Source: Podarcis liolepis (lineage: Eukaryota). From it: a DNA stretch of 64,000 nucleotides. A program made the position numbers and the translations under genes. Under the pieces are notes generated by a model. The model was not told the origin of the DNA. It saw only the letters and a program-made list of their open reading frames with translations, and ran no database searches. Position 1 is the first letter of the stretch. The number at the start of each line of letters is the position of its first letter. Shown here piece by piece: positions 12,401-27,084 of this stretch. Location: the NCBI GenBank assembly GCA_965112155.1, contig OZ218098.1, one strand, 5' to 3'.

Positions 12401-12937
12401 GCTCACATAAATTTGATGTGCTTTATTCTGGAAAAGCTGGGTCCTTAATTCCAGTGTTTTTGACTTCTTTAACTGCTACTGCATAGCATATAAAGGAGGG
12501 TGCTGTGAGCTACTAGGACCTAGGCATCCACATGAAAGTTGGTAGGATGACAGGTGTGAATGTTAGCTCACTCGGAGCAGTTTCTGCTTCTGAGCAGTCT
12601 CTGCATTAAGTTAGATTCTTCCATAGTGGTTAATATATCATCAGTGATTGACTGAAGAGTCTCATTTGTCTCTGGAAATTGGATATGTTTATGTAAGTAG
12701 CAGCTGCAGTGGTGGGGAAGGGCCCTACAGCTAATTTGCCCGCCCACCTGTGGTTCTGCCCTTTAAATATATATCATTCAATGTAGCTGTTAATTTGTGA
12801 CACCTGTGAGCAAAACAAATGACTGGAACGAGAGATGTGTTTTGATTTACATTATGATTAACAAATTATCATGTTTTTATGGCATAGATTCCTTTAACGA
12901 TAGCATTTCATTGTGTTAAATGGATGGGAGCAGAGTA

Positions 12938-13158
12938 CACTGGACCTTCCAGATACAAACTTAATTCATCCTGGGGGGTCCGTACTTACCCCGAAAAGTC
13001 TGTATCCAGAGGCGCCGCTTCTGTCCATGCGCGCTGCGTGATAGAGCTCTTATGCACATGCGCGCATGTTGAAACCCGGAAGTATACGCTTCCAGGTTTG
13101 CCACGTTTGCAACCCAAAATTACGTTACCCGAAGGTAACGTAACCCGAGGTACCACTG
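12938..13158. mobile_element. Older Tigger-like MITE
   Basis: Right end TAACCCGAGGTACCACTG+TA; degenerate left end TA+CACTGGACCT; TGCGCATG-like interior. Confidence 0.75.
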
Positions 13159-15427
13159 TATATTCTAGTACATACTAGTGGATGTTTGCATTCTGCATTA
13201 AATCTGCTGTGAAAATGAATTATTAGCTTGTTGGCAAAGTACAGAGGATGACTTAACGTAACTTACTCACTGGCAGCAGAAGAAAACATGGACCCACAGA
13301 TGTTGGCTTACCTTAATAGCCAACGAACAGTTTGTGTTGCCAGAACCCACTGTAAAGGGCAGGATTGTGTACCTGATATTGTGCTGCACTTCTCTTTTAT
13401 CCAAACTCATCTGCTTTTAGATGGCTTATCTGAGGCACTAACAGTACCTCAAAGGTACAGTGAAACACAGAAGGGCCACAAACCGCCTCCCAAACAGGGA
13501 GCTGGAGGTAGTGGTGAGTGATCATTCCTCCAGTTGTGCTTGTATAGTTTAAGCTGCTGTAAGAGCTTTAGCAACGCAGTGTGGCAAACCTAAGATCCAG
13601 CTCTCCTCCTTATTGAGTAGGTGATGTTGGAATGATTTCTGCACTTGCAATGCAAGCATGTTGGTTTTGCCTCAGAAGCACAGAGCTGGGAAAGGAACAG
13701 GGTATCATCCCTAAGGTTGTATTGAGAGGTTCCAAGTGCCATGCAGGGCAACATTCAGAGGACAAGTTTCAGCCCTCCTGTTGAGCTTGTGGCAAGGGAG
13801 GGAGGGAAGATCACCATTCCATTGTGTTGTGCTTCAAAAGCTCTTTGAGTATCTCTCTGATCAAAAACAGAATAGCGATTTTCCCACCCCGAGTATACTT
13901 CTTGCACCCCAAACACAAAAACAAACCAGTATTTGGGGGGATGGATGGGAATGCACACAGCTGTTTCATTTATCCCTTTTTTTGAAAAAATAAAAATAGT
14001 GTGCTTAATGAGCATCTTTTAACTTTTGTTTGGTTTTGCATAAGAAAAAATTAAATTTGTGCCAAAGGTTTGTTTAGGCTCCACCCAGCATAATTCAGTT
14101 TTTAGGCTTAGTTTTGTTCGGTCATAACGACTAAACTTTGTTTCACCAGTTGTCTCTTAAGAGACATACAATGTACACAATTAAAATATCATGTAATTGG
14201 TACAATTAAAATATTGTACATAAGAGGTACTATAGATATTTATACCTTAATATAGATCTGATGAGTAGATTAAGCCATCATGCATTGTGAACATTCAGGG
14301 CCAAATTATTGTAACAATATTGTGAGTGTCAAAACATTTATAAATCATGTTACACATATTCCAAAGCAAATTGTTGTTGTATTAGCTCTGTAATGCGGCA
14401 TAGTTGTCTTACAAATATTAGTATCTCAGTTGCAGCTAGGCATGGTGTTCTGCTTTCTTGATTTACTAAAAGCAAAACGTTGGAAAGGATTTGCCCAGAA
14501 TTCGTTATTAATTTGAAATCTGATTTACTATCTGGTTGGTCAGTCTTTTAAGTTTCTCCTGAGTTACTGAGTATAAAAACCTGTAACAGCTTCTGCAATC
14601 ATGACATGAGATACTTCTAATGTGGTCCTCAGAACTAAAACACCCCCCTTTCTAAAGTAGTGCCTTGCTGAAGTGTCTGCTAAAAATAGTCATTTCATCA
14701 CTTCAGAAATATTTGAGCTATTTAAATTCAACATGTAAAAATACCACAATAAAGAGATATTGCTGCTACCATTTTTGGCTTTTGATGGGAATCTTCTTCA
14801 GCATGATTGTCATGCCATTTTAGGAAATGAAACAGGTTTTAAATATATAGAGTCTGTAGTGCATTATACTTTTCTGGAAGGCATGTGACTTTGAAGTTCT
14901 CTGAATTAACAGCTGTCTTTGGTAGTCTTCCTGACTTTAAGCTGCTTGAAGGATCATTTTTATTTTTATGGCACCCAACTGAAATGTCAGCCAGACCACA
15001 TTGAAAATGCAGTTTTTACTTATTCCATTATTAGCAATAAGTTCTTGGCTACATATTAATGAGAATTCACTTGTTTCTTTGAACTTTTTTCCTTCTGTTT
15101 ATCCAACAAAGGGTTGACATTCAGAATTTGTAGATTCATGGAAACAATGCTGCACTTTTTATAGCTTTCATTAATTTCACTTTTCTGATCACATCAGGAA
15201 GTTTTCCTTCCTATACTAATTTTTCAATTGGATTTATAGTCTGCAATTTTAAAGTCTTGAATTGATTTACCGAAAAATACAATCAGATGGACAATGGATG
15301 AATATTCTGTGTTACAAAATATGCACATGTTTGGATCTAAATATTTCATGGCACATGTGGAATCTCCCCTGCTCCAACCTATGTGGGTGTTATTAGGGAG
15401 GAAATTCCCTGGGCTCAACCATTATTA

Positions 15428-15683
15428 CCATATTGGCTTGCAGATAAGCCACACTTTTTTCCCCAAATTCTGACTGCGAAAAGTTAAATTCTCAACCTTA
15501 CAAAAATTGGCTTTTACAATATCGCTGCTGAAACAGACATATGGTAAAACGGAACGGGTGTGAGTGCCTGCGGAATTTTAAAGGAGTGACTTATATTTGG
15601 GTATTGTCTTTTCTTCTTCTTCCCCCTTGAATTTTAAAGGTGCGAGTTGTTTACAGGCGTGGCTTAAATTCGGGCCAATACGG
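15428..15683. mobile_element. Tc1/mariner (Tc2-like) MITE
   Basis: TA+CCATATTGGCTTG...ATAAGCCACAC and GCGTGGCTTAAATTCGGGCCAATACGG+TA form imperfect TIRs. Confidence 0.75.
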
Positions 15684-15794
15684 TATATGAGGAAAAATTA
15701 AATTCACAGTCTTTCTGGGCTTTGTATGTAGCCATGATGGATGTTCAGAATGAATTGGTTCCACTGTAACACACTGACCTGGTGTGCGCACAAT

Positions 15795-16509
15795 GATTCA
15801 TTAGGAAAGGGATTGAAAATAATATTGTTAATACCATAATGTCATCATATAAATCTGTGATATGGAACTGCACTTGAATACTGTGTATGGTTCTGGTTGC
15901 CACGTCTCAAAAATGGTTTTCAGAGAGCTCAGAAAGGTTCAGAAAAGGGCAGTGAAAATAATGAAGAGCCTGGAGGATCTCACCAAGAGGTTTGGATAGG
16001 CGGATAGGTCTCTACCATAATACTAAAACTAGGGGGCATCCAATGAAGATGACTGTTAGGAGATTCAGAACAGAAAATAGAAAGTGCTTCTTCACACAGC
16101 ACATATTTAAACTCTGAAATTCATTAACACAAGATGTAAAAGGGAACTAGACATATCCATGGCGAATCAGACTTATCAATAGCTGCTAGCCAGGATGGCT
16201 GTGTAGAGGTGATCTGCCTCTGAATACTAGTTGCTGGGCATACCATGTATGGAGAAGGCTATAGCACTCAGGCCCTGCTTGCAGGTTTCTCATAGGCATC
16301 TTGTTGCCCACCAGGATACAGATGACTCCCCATTTATGTGGGGGTTACGTTTGGAACCCCCCGTGAAATAGCATAGAATGGGGAGTCACCTGTATCGGCT
16401 CAGCTGGGCAAACCACACTGTCCCTCCAGCTTGCAAAATGCGTAAACGAAGAGTTGCCTGTCTTGGATTAGATGAGCTTTGTCTGATCCAGCACAGCTGT
16501 TCTTATGTA
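15795..16509 (+). mobile_element. CR1 LINE 3' fragment (degenerate)
   Basis: Remnants IRKGIEN..., HLEYCVWFWLPRLK..., RKVQKRAVKIMKSLE; CR1-like tail GTCTGATCCAGCACAGCTGTTCTTATGT. Confidence 0.85.
16319..16460. mobile_element. Small Tigger-like MITE nested in the CR1 tail
   Basis: TA+CAGATGACTCCCCATT pairs with AATGGGGAGTCACCTG+TA (16392); a second degenerate end GAAGAGTTGCCTG at 16460. Confidence 0.6.
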
Positions 16510-17178
16510 AGCCATGGTTTATTTAGCAAGTGTGGTTTCTTTCTGTCCTAGTTCATCAGCCTAACCATGGGACACACACATTTTATAATCAAGCTTCTGC
16601 CCAATAAAGAAAAAGTGCTACACTTCACAGTCAACAAAACATCTGGATTCGTGCAAATGTTAGGAACAAAGGCGAAATAATAAATTTAATTGATGTATAA
16701 TAATAAATTCAGTAATTGTTGGGAATGGGTGAACTGTAAATTTAAATAAAGAAATATTTATGGCCTAACCTTGTTCCCATGTTGCATTGTTGAATATGCT
16801 TTAGTATCCTTTTACTTTGGTTTTCAGTTAATTTCTTTTACTAAACTTTAATCCTAGCACACACTGGAAGAGCATGTCTCCATAGATACTGCTATGTGCA
16901 AAGTAAAGCACAATGCAAGTTCTCACACACATTCAGGTGAAAAATAAAGCACTGTGTGAATTTACTACAGAGTAAGTGTCAACTTTTTTGTGTTTGCAGT
17001 AAAAATAGCCCAGATACTGAAAGCCACAACTGATAAAGTATGATGAAGCAGAATAACATATAATTTGTAGATTCCATGGCACATAACTAGTATGGTCTGC
17101 ATGGGAAGATGGGGGATTTAATAAGAACAGTTTACCTTACAGAAAAAACAAAGTTATTTGACTTTTACAATTATTTAA

Positions 17179-17397
<219 letters not shown>

Positions 17398-17638
17398 TGA
17401 TGATCTGAGATACTTTTATCTGTTTAAGTCTGCAGTTTAGTCAGTTGGAGTTTAGAGTTCATTGATTTTGCCATATGACTTTGAACATATGAAATAATTG
17501 TGCATCGATATTTAAAAACACCAAGAAAATGGTTTAAAATAACTCCCTTTGAGTCAAGCTCTTGAAGCACTGCAGTATTGGATAATTGGCATTAAGCAGG
17601 ATAATGGTGGTGCGGGCATTCAAAATCATAACTGTATA

Positions 17639-18253
<615 letters not shown>

Positions 18254-18833
18254 TGAACACATGGTTGGTCTGTATTGGTGGCTGATTGGAAGAAGCAGTT
18301 TTGTGGGAGGGGCCTAGGAAGCACATCCCTCTGTGTTGGCACACTGCCTTCTCGCCAGTTGTGCTTCAGGCAAAGATAGAACTCGATTGGATTTTTTCAC
18401 AACTGCAGCTTTAGGACCCTTATTTCATCAGCCTCCCTCACTTGTCCTCTGATGTCATCACATAGCAAAAACTGATTGGCTGTATGGTCATGTCACTATT
18501 ACTCTGCAGAAGGGTTATCTTGCAAACAAAGTGGTATTAAGGGTTGCAGATTGTCAGGAAAATGTAAGGTTGCCAAGGGGAAGGGGGACTGGAGAAAGTT
18601 TTGGCTTCTTCCTTCAAACTGACTGGAGAACATTTGGATCAACTCTAGGAACTAAGGTAAATGGCATAGCTGATTAAAATGAGTTGCCCTGCACACCTCT
18701 CTTAGACATAGAACATTTCCATTTTTGGAAAAGGCCATATTTTTGCAGCAATAAACAGAAAACACAGTGATGCCTACTGTAGGTTGCTATTGCTTTGTGC
18801 CGCAGAATGATTTCCTCCCCAGTATATTAATAA

Positions 18834-18971
<138 letters not shown>

Positions 18972-20302
18972 TAATGTATACAGTTTGTGTGTTTTTTAAT
19001 GTATTAGCTACCATTTGTGACTAGCTACCTCTAATTTCACTTGTGGGAATTGCTCCCCTGTATCTACTTTCAAGATTTTCCCTTTATTTTAATTTGGGTT
19101 TTTTTTTTACTTTAAAATACCTGATGTCTTTATATCCATACTCATCCATGGTAGCTTCACCAGTGCACATGGATTTGCTTTCCCATTATGACAGTTTTTG
19201 TTTATTTATAAAGCATCACCTCTTTAAAAGTTCCAGTCTCCTTTCTGCTGCATGCCAGTCCCACCTGCATGTGAAATATTTCCCCCCCTACTAATTTCAA
19301 TGAATAGTGTTACAACCTAGTGACTACATGGCCTCCAAAGGTTTGTAAAGCTAGGTAATTTAAAATGACACTTGACTTTTGGCAGTTTCCTTTATTTTAC
19401 TAGGCTTTTTAAAAAAATGAACTGTTCATAATCCATGGTTTGAAGTTGGCTTTTTTTTGAAACTTCCAGAGTTTATCCCAGGTTTACATATAGTGATAAA
19501 CCAGAAAATGAAATTTAACTGTGGTGAAGTTCTGCTTCCAGCCACATGGAATGTAGAGAACCATGAGAGACTGAGGCATTACATAGGCTCCTTTCTGTTT
19601 GTGCATGTAGCACTAAATCATGGCTTAGCATTCCAGCCCAAATTCATTAATGAATCCCACTAGCGGAAGCCGGTGCAATATTGTCTACTAGCGCAGCAGA
19701 GCTTTGTGCCCCAGATTGGCTTGGGGAATTGAGGGAACCCCCCAGAAAACTGCGTAGGATGAAGAGAGGAGAGGCTTGTGCTGACAGAAAAAAATCCGTT
19801 GTGCCTACATTGAATTCTTCCCTTTGTGTGAATGCAGCCATTTAGGTTCTAACCATATTTTACAAATACTGTAGTTAGTTAAGTTGATATTTAGCCTGTA
19901 CTCTGCAGCATGGTTGTTTCTTTAATAGCACCCTTTTAAATGTTGTTATATATATAAAAGTGTTTTGAGGCTTGCTGACATTTCCATCTCTCCTCCCCCT
20001 AAAGCTTGTGCCACTTCTTTCTATCATCCAGTACTTTTCAAAGTAGAAGGGCACATAGAATGAGGTTTTGCTTGCAATGTAATTAAAAATTACACTTCAT
20101 ATGCTGCCACTGATAATTGTTTGTATAGTGTTGTTTTACTGCTATTTGTTTTACTGTGGAATTTAATTATGATTTTGCTGTCATTTATATTTTTATACGA
20201 AGCTGCCTTGAGTTTAATAATATCTTGAAAGGCAGGATATAAATATTTGAATGAAAATGTTGTTATTGATGAATGATAAACGCCTGATTGTTTTCACTCT
20301 GA

Positions 20303-20518
<216 letters not shown>

Positions 20519-21799
20519 TAACACACTTGTAAAAATAATCATGGGCAAGCCTTTTTGAAAGGGTTCCATGCTACCCATGCTGCTATGTTTGCTGTAGTTC
20601 CTGTGCCTTTTGATTCTGGGCCACCTTCTCCTGGTTAGTGCAGATTACAACAGAACCAGGGTTTCAGTAGCTATGGCTTTTCCCCATACACAAGCATTAG
20701 TTAGTCTCGGTTGCTATGTTGCCTGTTGCTGGTGTGCTGCTTTATATTAGAACTAGAAAATAAAGGATAACTGAATCCAGGAATTGTTTTGAATCACCAC
20801 AGCCAGCCACACACATTCATAGTCACAAATAAAAAGATAAAACACTTGCTGGCAAGCATTTTATTCTTACTCTTGTATTTTCTTTTCTGTTCCAAAAAGA
20901 TAGTAAAAGGAAAATTCACCAAACAAACCACACAGAAAGTACACAGAAAGTTGAATAATACCGTAGTGACTGCCTGATCTCAGATGAATCCAACACATGA
21001 AAGATGCATAACAGTTGCTAGGGGGAAAGGAGGGACATCCTATGGAAATGGCAAGGAATAGAAAATAAGAGAGAAGCAGGAAAAGTGTACTAATGGAGAT
21101 AGGAAAACAGACAACTCACTTATTAATCACAGCTCTCACTTCTCCCATTGGCTTAAAACACTTGACAGGCAGGAACAACCGTCCAGACAGAAATTGCTTA
21201 GAAGAGTATCTGCACCTTTTACATTCTTTCTAGGAGGACTGCAGAATTACTTTAAAACAAAAGAGAAAGAAAGCTCAGGATCTGGGGACCCTGTTGGGGG
21301 GCTACAGTGAATGCCTTTGTAAGCACTGGGTTGGCAGCCCCCTGGCTTAGTGTGTCCTCTGACCCAGGGATCAAGCTTCAGCTTTATTTCTTAACCACAG
21401 TCTACAGCCAGTGTTTGTTCTTGGCTATAGATCATGGTTAGGGAGAAGAGAGCTTAACTCTGCTCCTGGATTCAGGCAGCTAAACTTTGACTAAGCTGCC
21501 ACACTGCACTGATTTAAAAGGCTGAGGGAGGGGCAAAGTGGGCATCAGCTTCTCTTTGGGAGCCAGCACATTTGCATGGTACTGGTAAGCTGTAGTGTGG
21601 CGAAACCATAACCAGGGCAATGAGAGTAAAATACTTGTGTGGGTTCTCCCCCCCCCAACCCCAGTTGAGACTGAGTTTTTAACCTGTTTAGTCTTTAAGG
21701 AAAATAGTCTGCGCCAGTCCTGTGATTGTTGTGGTGGGTTTTTGTGGTTGTTGTCACTTACTTTCCTCACAAATCATTCTTTCTTCTCTTCGCCATCAG

Positions 21800-21959
21800 A
21801 GTGAAATCCTGTTTTCATATCATGGACATTTGCAAGTACCGATCAAATTCATATGATACAAATAATCGCAATAAAACAGTTCACCTGAGACCAATTGCTT
21901 CAGGTAATGCACCAAATCTCTCAGCTAATTTTGCCAAGATTGGTGCAGTACGAAGTCAG
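21800..21959 (+). CDS. HIPK3: HIPK3 exon 7
   Basis: catcag| VKSCFHIMDICKYRSNSYDTNNRNKTVHLRPIASGNAPNLSANFAKIGAVRSQ |gtaagt; 160 bp, phase 2 to 0. Confidence 0.94.
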
Positions 21960-23035
21960 GTAAGTACCTTTGATTTCACTTTGGGTCTCCTATTCACTTC
22001 CACCCTCATCCCAGGGTTTAGATCATGCAAGATAATGAAAGGGGGGCGTGTCTCAAGGTATTGGAAGGCGGCAGGCCTTTCTAAGAGGGGGAATAAAGAT
22101 GTATCTGGTTTTAAGGGAATGGTTTTTATGGTTTGGACAATGTAGTTGCACATGACATACTTCTGAATAAAAAGGTGAGGTAGGAATCATGTCTCCTAAA
22201 CAGAAGATAAATCAACATATTCACTGTCCATTTCATGCATATTAGGCAGTAGACTAGCTACAGAAGCTCATTGCACTATAAAAATTGTTAAGTTTTAAAA
22301 AGTGCCAATAAGCTCTTCATTGTTTTTGCACACAGTGGCTTTGGATAGGATGAAATGCAAATGCTTCATCACTCCTATTATTATATTCACCAACCTAAAT
22401 TGAACAGTCACATTTTCCCCTGTGGGGAGATCCAAAAGTTGAAACTATGTCAGAATCATACCAATCTCCTCATGGGTAAAGATGGTAAAGCTAAGTTGGT
22501 AACTGAGGCATCTGTGTTTCTTGTTTTTGCTGCTATTTGTTAGTTTGATGCTCTTCAGAGTCTGGAATTGTATTATGGGAGTATAAATAATTGGGAATCC
22601 AGGAGTGCCTTGAGACTTTGCTATGGCACTCTTAGCATTTATCATACTTATCCCCTTACTTGCTCTCTTGTCCACATGGGCCAGGAGAGGAGGCTTCTGT
22701 TGTGGCTCTAAATGCCAGCCTGGTAGAGAACCGTGGAGAACAAGCTCTTCAAGATGAGTTATGTTCCTTTTCTAGTAGTTCTCTTGGAAGACATTTTCAC
22801 AAAATAAAGCCAAAGGTTTTCTGTTCAAGAAATCCTTTGTTGCAGTGCCCCCATGTGGTGTGCTGGCATGTGCTATAAACATGATATTCATATATTAGGA
22901 TTTGCTTTTGTTGCATGCAAAAGCATGAACATCATAATCCTCATGCAACATTATAACTTGAGATTTTTTAAAAAAAATGCATGTGAAAATTGTGGCAATC
23001 ATTTTGTTAACTTATAATATACCTATTATTTTCAG

Positions 23036-23159
23036 GCATTAGCAGGATCTGCCCATTCAGTTATGCACCATGGAATACCACTGCAGGCAGGAACGGCTCA
23101 ATTTGGTTGCAATGATGCTTTTCAACAGACACTGATTATATGCCCTCCTACTCTCCAAG
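23036..23159 (+). CDS. HIPK3: HIPK3 exon 8
   Basis: ttttcag| ALAGSAHSVMHHGIPLQAGTAQFGCNDAFQQTLIICPPTLQ(G) |gtatga; 124 bp. Confidence 0.94.
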
Positions 23160-24400
23160 GTATGAGGCAATTAAAATGACATGTGATATAAAATTAGATA
23201 TTCACTTGGTAGTTCAAAGAATCGCCAATTCAGGCTTTTGATAAAACCTACTACAATTAGCCAAGATTTTACTCCAGGTTTTCCATTTTCCTTGGATGAT
23301 CTAATAACATTAACTCTAGTGGACAAGTATTTTCAAGAAGATGAAACGGAAAGGTGATAGTGGAGTCATATTATTGCATTTTAAGGCAAATTTCCTCACT
23401 TTTGTATCTAAATCCGACTGCACTTCCTTCCAGTGAACCAAAATAATCACATGGACCTCATGCATGAGTTGTCTTATCGTTTTTGAGAATACCTGTTTGA
23501 ATCCATAGCCTACACTTATTCAGCGTTAATCTTACTTTACATGGTAAAAATCTAGAAGCACTGTGGGCCTCTCAGTGTTCCCTCTTTTAGCTTGTCAGCC
23601 CTTGACGGTTGCTGTCTGGGTCATGTTTCCTAATACGGATCCTTCTGTAGTCTGTCTGCCCTTTGTTGCTGAAGATTTACTTTTACTTTTACTTCCTTGA
23701 CATAATTTATGTTATGCACCTTTATTTTTAAAAATCACGTTTAGGAATGTAGGGCTAAAACAGTGCAGACTTTGTGGAATTTCTTTGAACACCAAGTACA
23801 CGCGATGACTCCTCTGTCTAATAGGACTTGATGCGAAAGGCTTGCAACATATGTTCTCTGCTTAATCCCAGAACTAAAAAGGATACATCTGATGACTGAA
23901 GGGCTTATTTCACATAGGCGACACAGACTATTTTATAATTTTCTGGCTAGGATACCTTTCTTGTGCTGAATGCTACACTGTGTCTCAAGTGAAGTGTTTC
24001 AGGTTTGGTTAATTTGTGGCATGCTGGCACTCGCGTTATTGGTGCCCACCTCTGATGGAAACAGCATGGAAGCAAGTAGCCCCTGTGTTCCTCTACACTA
24101 CAGAATTATCCTCTGATTCTCTGGTTGGCCTTCAGCAGATTGGAGCCTGGCTGCTTCAGTCCCATCTTGGCCATGGTGTAGAAGGAGAAATGAGGAGAGT
24201 GAGGAGTTTTGGGGGATGCTTCTGATTGCTAGATTATGGTTTAGGAATCAGGTCAGAAGCGATTTGGCCCCGGGTGATCACTGGACTGAGCAATATTTCC
24301 CTGAGCAAAGTTTGCATCAGGCTCAGAAATTAATTCTGTATGCTAACCTTTTATGAATTTGGATTCAATCTTAACTCCTCTTTTCATATTTGTGAATTAG

Positions 24401-24519
24401 GAATTCATGCTAATCATGGGAAGCCCAATGGTTACTCTGTAAGAGTTGATAATGCAGTGCCGTTGGTCACACAGGCCCCAACCCTACAGCCACTCCAGAT
24501 AAGAGGAGTCCTTTCTCAG
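24401..24519 (+). CDS. HIPK3: HIPK3 exon 9
   Basis: aattag| (G)[39 protein letters not shown] |gtatgt; 119 bp. Confidence 0.94.
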
Positions 24520-24878
24520 GTATGTTGTTTGATGCTGTAGGTTTCACATTTTCAGAGGTTTCACATTTTCAGAGTCATAAACATTAATTAGCTTGACAGA
24601 TTTTGAAGTAATATCACATCAGTCGAGAGGGACTGTAGATTAGTGACAGCCAAATGCTTTGCATGTAATCTGACTCGGCGTTACACTCCCTGCATTACTA
24701 TGTAAAAGGACCTTTGGGCAGCTGGACTGATAAGATCTGTTATCAGAGTCGTCCAAGAGCTGCTGCCAGTCTGTTCTGACAGTACTTTGGGCTAAATGGA
24801 CCAGCGGCCTAACTTGAAAAAAGGATGCTAAACATATTGGGATGTAGTTATTCATAACGCTTTATGTGTTTACAACAG

Positions 24879-25000
24879 ACGTGGTCTAACAGAACACAGC
24901 AGATACTGCTTCCAGCATGGCAACAAGTGACGTCTGTGGCTCCTCCTACAACACTAGCTTCTGATTCTGTGGCTGGCCCGCAGAGACTTGGAGACTGGGG
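24879..25000 (+). CDS. HIPK3: HIPK3 exon 10
   Basis: caacag| TWSNRTQQILLPAWQQVTSVAPPTTLASDSVAGPQRLGDW(G) |gtacgt; 122 bp. Confidence 0.93.
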
Positions 25001-25095
25001 GTACGTCAAAACAGTATTTTGATTTTGTGCTTGAAAACGAAGTACGCAACTCTGCTATATTTTAATAAGGATGTGTTTTTCTCTGTTCTCCCTAG

Positions 25096-25257
25096 GAAGA
25101 TGATTCCCCATGGCAACCATTACAACTCGGTGATGACACAGTCTCTGTTAACCAATCAAATAACTTTATCTGCTCCTCAACCAATCAGTGTGGGCATTGC
25201 ACATGTAGTCTGGCCTCAGCCCACACCAACCAAGAGAAATAAAGTGTGCCAGAACAG
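25096..25257 (+). CDS. HIPK3: HIPK3 exon 11
   Basis: ctccctag| KMIPHGNHYNSVMTQSLLTNQITLSAPQPISVGIAHVVWPQPTPTKRNKVCQN(R) |gttggt; 162 bp, after a 95-bp intron. Confidence 0.94.
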
Positions 25258-26320
25258 GTTGGTTTTATACAGTGCCTGTGGATCATTTAGATGTAAAAAA
25301 ATAATAATCATTCTTTCAAAATCCCTTTAAAAAGGGGCTGTATATTTATGAATGCTGCATGCTCGCCAAGGTGTTACACCTCAAACTAGTTTGTTTAGAA
25401 CATTTATTTCTTTAAACATTAAATACTGTGTTACAGTTCAAATTGATCAGAAGCCTACCCGTTAAAACCAAGGGATGGTAACAAAATGGGAAATAATGTA
25501 AAGTAGCATTTGCTGCCCTTTGATCTTCTCTCTTCTTGTGACAAAAGTGGCTTTGACTATATTTATCTGCAGAAATAGACTTTGGTTTGGTTATTTAAGA
25601 ATTGCAGGTAGACGCAGTTAGCAGTTCCTAGACTCATGTGCATGAGGAATTGTAAAATTTGGACTATTGAAAATAGAGACATTGTATAATAGTCATAATA
25701 TGACTTAGAATAGTATTAAGAATAGTCTTTCTTTTGCTGGCAGCAAGAAACACTTTAAGTGCTCTGTGGAGAAAATGTGCCCCATCACTACAGAAGTTAT
25801 TTACAAAGGTATGGGACATTTCAGTAATGGAGAAACGTAAGACCGGGAAGGACAGTTACACTATGTTAAGTAACCCCTGATTCATGTCCCCTGAAGTCAG
25901 TGAACACAATTCCTGATGATTTCAGTGGATTTTGAATCTGATTCAAAAATGTTTATGGTGTCCAAGCCAGCATTTCTTCATTCCTTCTTTCCTTTTTAAG
26001 AGAATGGTATCTTCAGCGTATTGTACTACATTTCATTGGTAAATCCAACTTTGAACCTTGCATTGCAGCATCTGAACAACCCTGCTTGTGATATGCAATA
26101 GTTACCTGAAACGTTTTCCATGATTGCTCTGGAAAACAACATTTACAGTGTTACCTGTATGTTCATTGTTTTATGTTTCATGTGTTGATTTATATTCATT
26201 GCTGTTTCAAAGTCTTACGTTCTAGTTTGAGTCAATTTGGGGAGGGTGAAGTCAAGTTACTGCATTTGTTTGATAAAGAAACATCTTTATGACATGTCTA
26301 AATAAATGTCTTCTTCGCAG

Positions 26321-26617
26321 GAGTAATGTGTTACAAAATACCAATATCCAAAATTCAGCATTTGTGTCTCCAAAGATAAGCAATGGAAAGGCTGGTGAGA
26401 AGCTGAGCTGTGTAGAAACACAGGACAATTGTAACTCAGTTGGTCAGGAAAGCACCTGTTGCAAACCACCCATCAGGCAGGACCCTGATTCATCTGTTTC
26501 AAACAAACAGCGACAGGCTATCATTATTGCAGATTCCCCAAGCCCACCAGTCAGTGTGATCACCATCAGCAGTGACACGGATGAAGATGATGTGGCACAA
26601 AGGCATTCATTTGCAGA
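26321..26617 (+). CDS. HIPK3: HIPK3 exon 12 (contains SUMO-interacting motif VSVITISSDTDEDD)
   Basis: ttcgcag| SNVLQNTNIQNSAFVSPK...RQAIIIADSPSPPVSVITISSDTDEDDVAQRHSFA(E) |gtaagt; 297 bp. Confidence 0.95.
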
Positions 26618-26943
26618 GTAAGTAGTAGCTTTGGGCTTATTTTAACTCCCCTTTTCCTCAGGGTTGTGCTGGAGAGTTGGTGTTTTGGTGATAGTAAGAG
26701 GAGCTTCCTAACTATACAGCGCCAGTACATTCACTTGAATCAGCTTAAATCACTTGGAACACGGCTGCCACTTCTAGGCGGCAGGTTGTTACACCTCTTT
26801 GAGTTTCACAGCTTTCAGTCTTGGTAGTATAGCTTAGCACACAGTTGGCACTAAATCAATGCAGCTAGAAGTTTAGCGATGTTTAGCGAGAAGTGTGCAG
26901 GATGAATGTTTTATTTATGTATGTATGTATGTTTGCATTTCAG

Positions 26944-27084
26944 ATGTAAAGGGAGCCTAGATTGTGAAGCTTGCCAGAGTACGCTAAATATTGACCGTGT
27001 GTGTTCATTAAGCAGTCCTGACAGCACTTTGAGCTCTAGTTCTTCTGGACAGTCAAGTCCATCCCCTTGCAAAAGACCCAACAG
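26944..27084 (+). CDS. HIPK3: HIPK3 exon 13
   Basis: atttcag| CKGSLDCEACQSTLNIDRVCSLSSPDSTLSSSSSGQSSPSPCKRPN(S) |gtaaga; 141 bp. Confidence 0.95.

Noticed and set aside
19647-19850. Degenerate palindromic elements (also ~29345-29470, ~31595-31860, ~40352-40530, ~56470-56620)
   Set aside because: Probably old MITEs, but ends and TSDs could not be defined well enough to list as features.
21901-21909. Internal donor-like CAG|GTAATG in exon 7
   Set aside because: Its use would shift the frame relative to exon 8, and the downstream CAG|GTAAGT is a perfect consensus.
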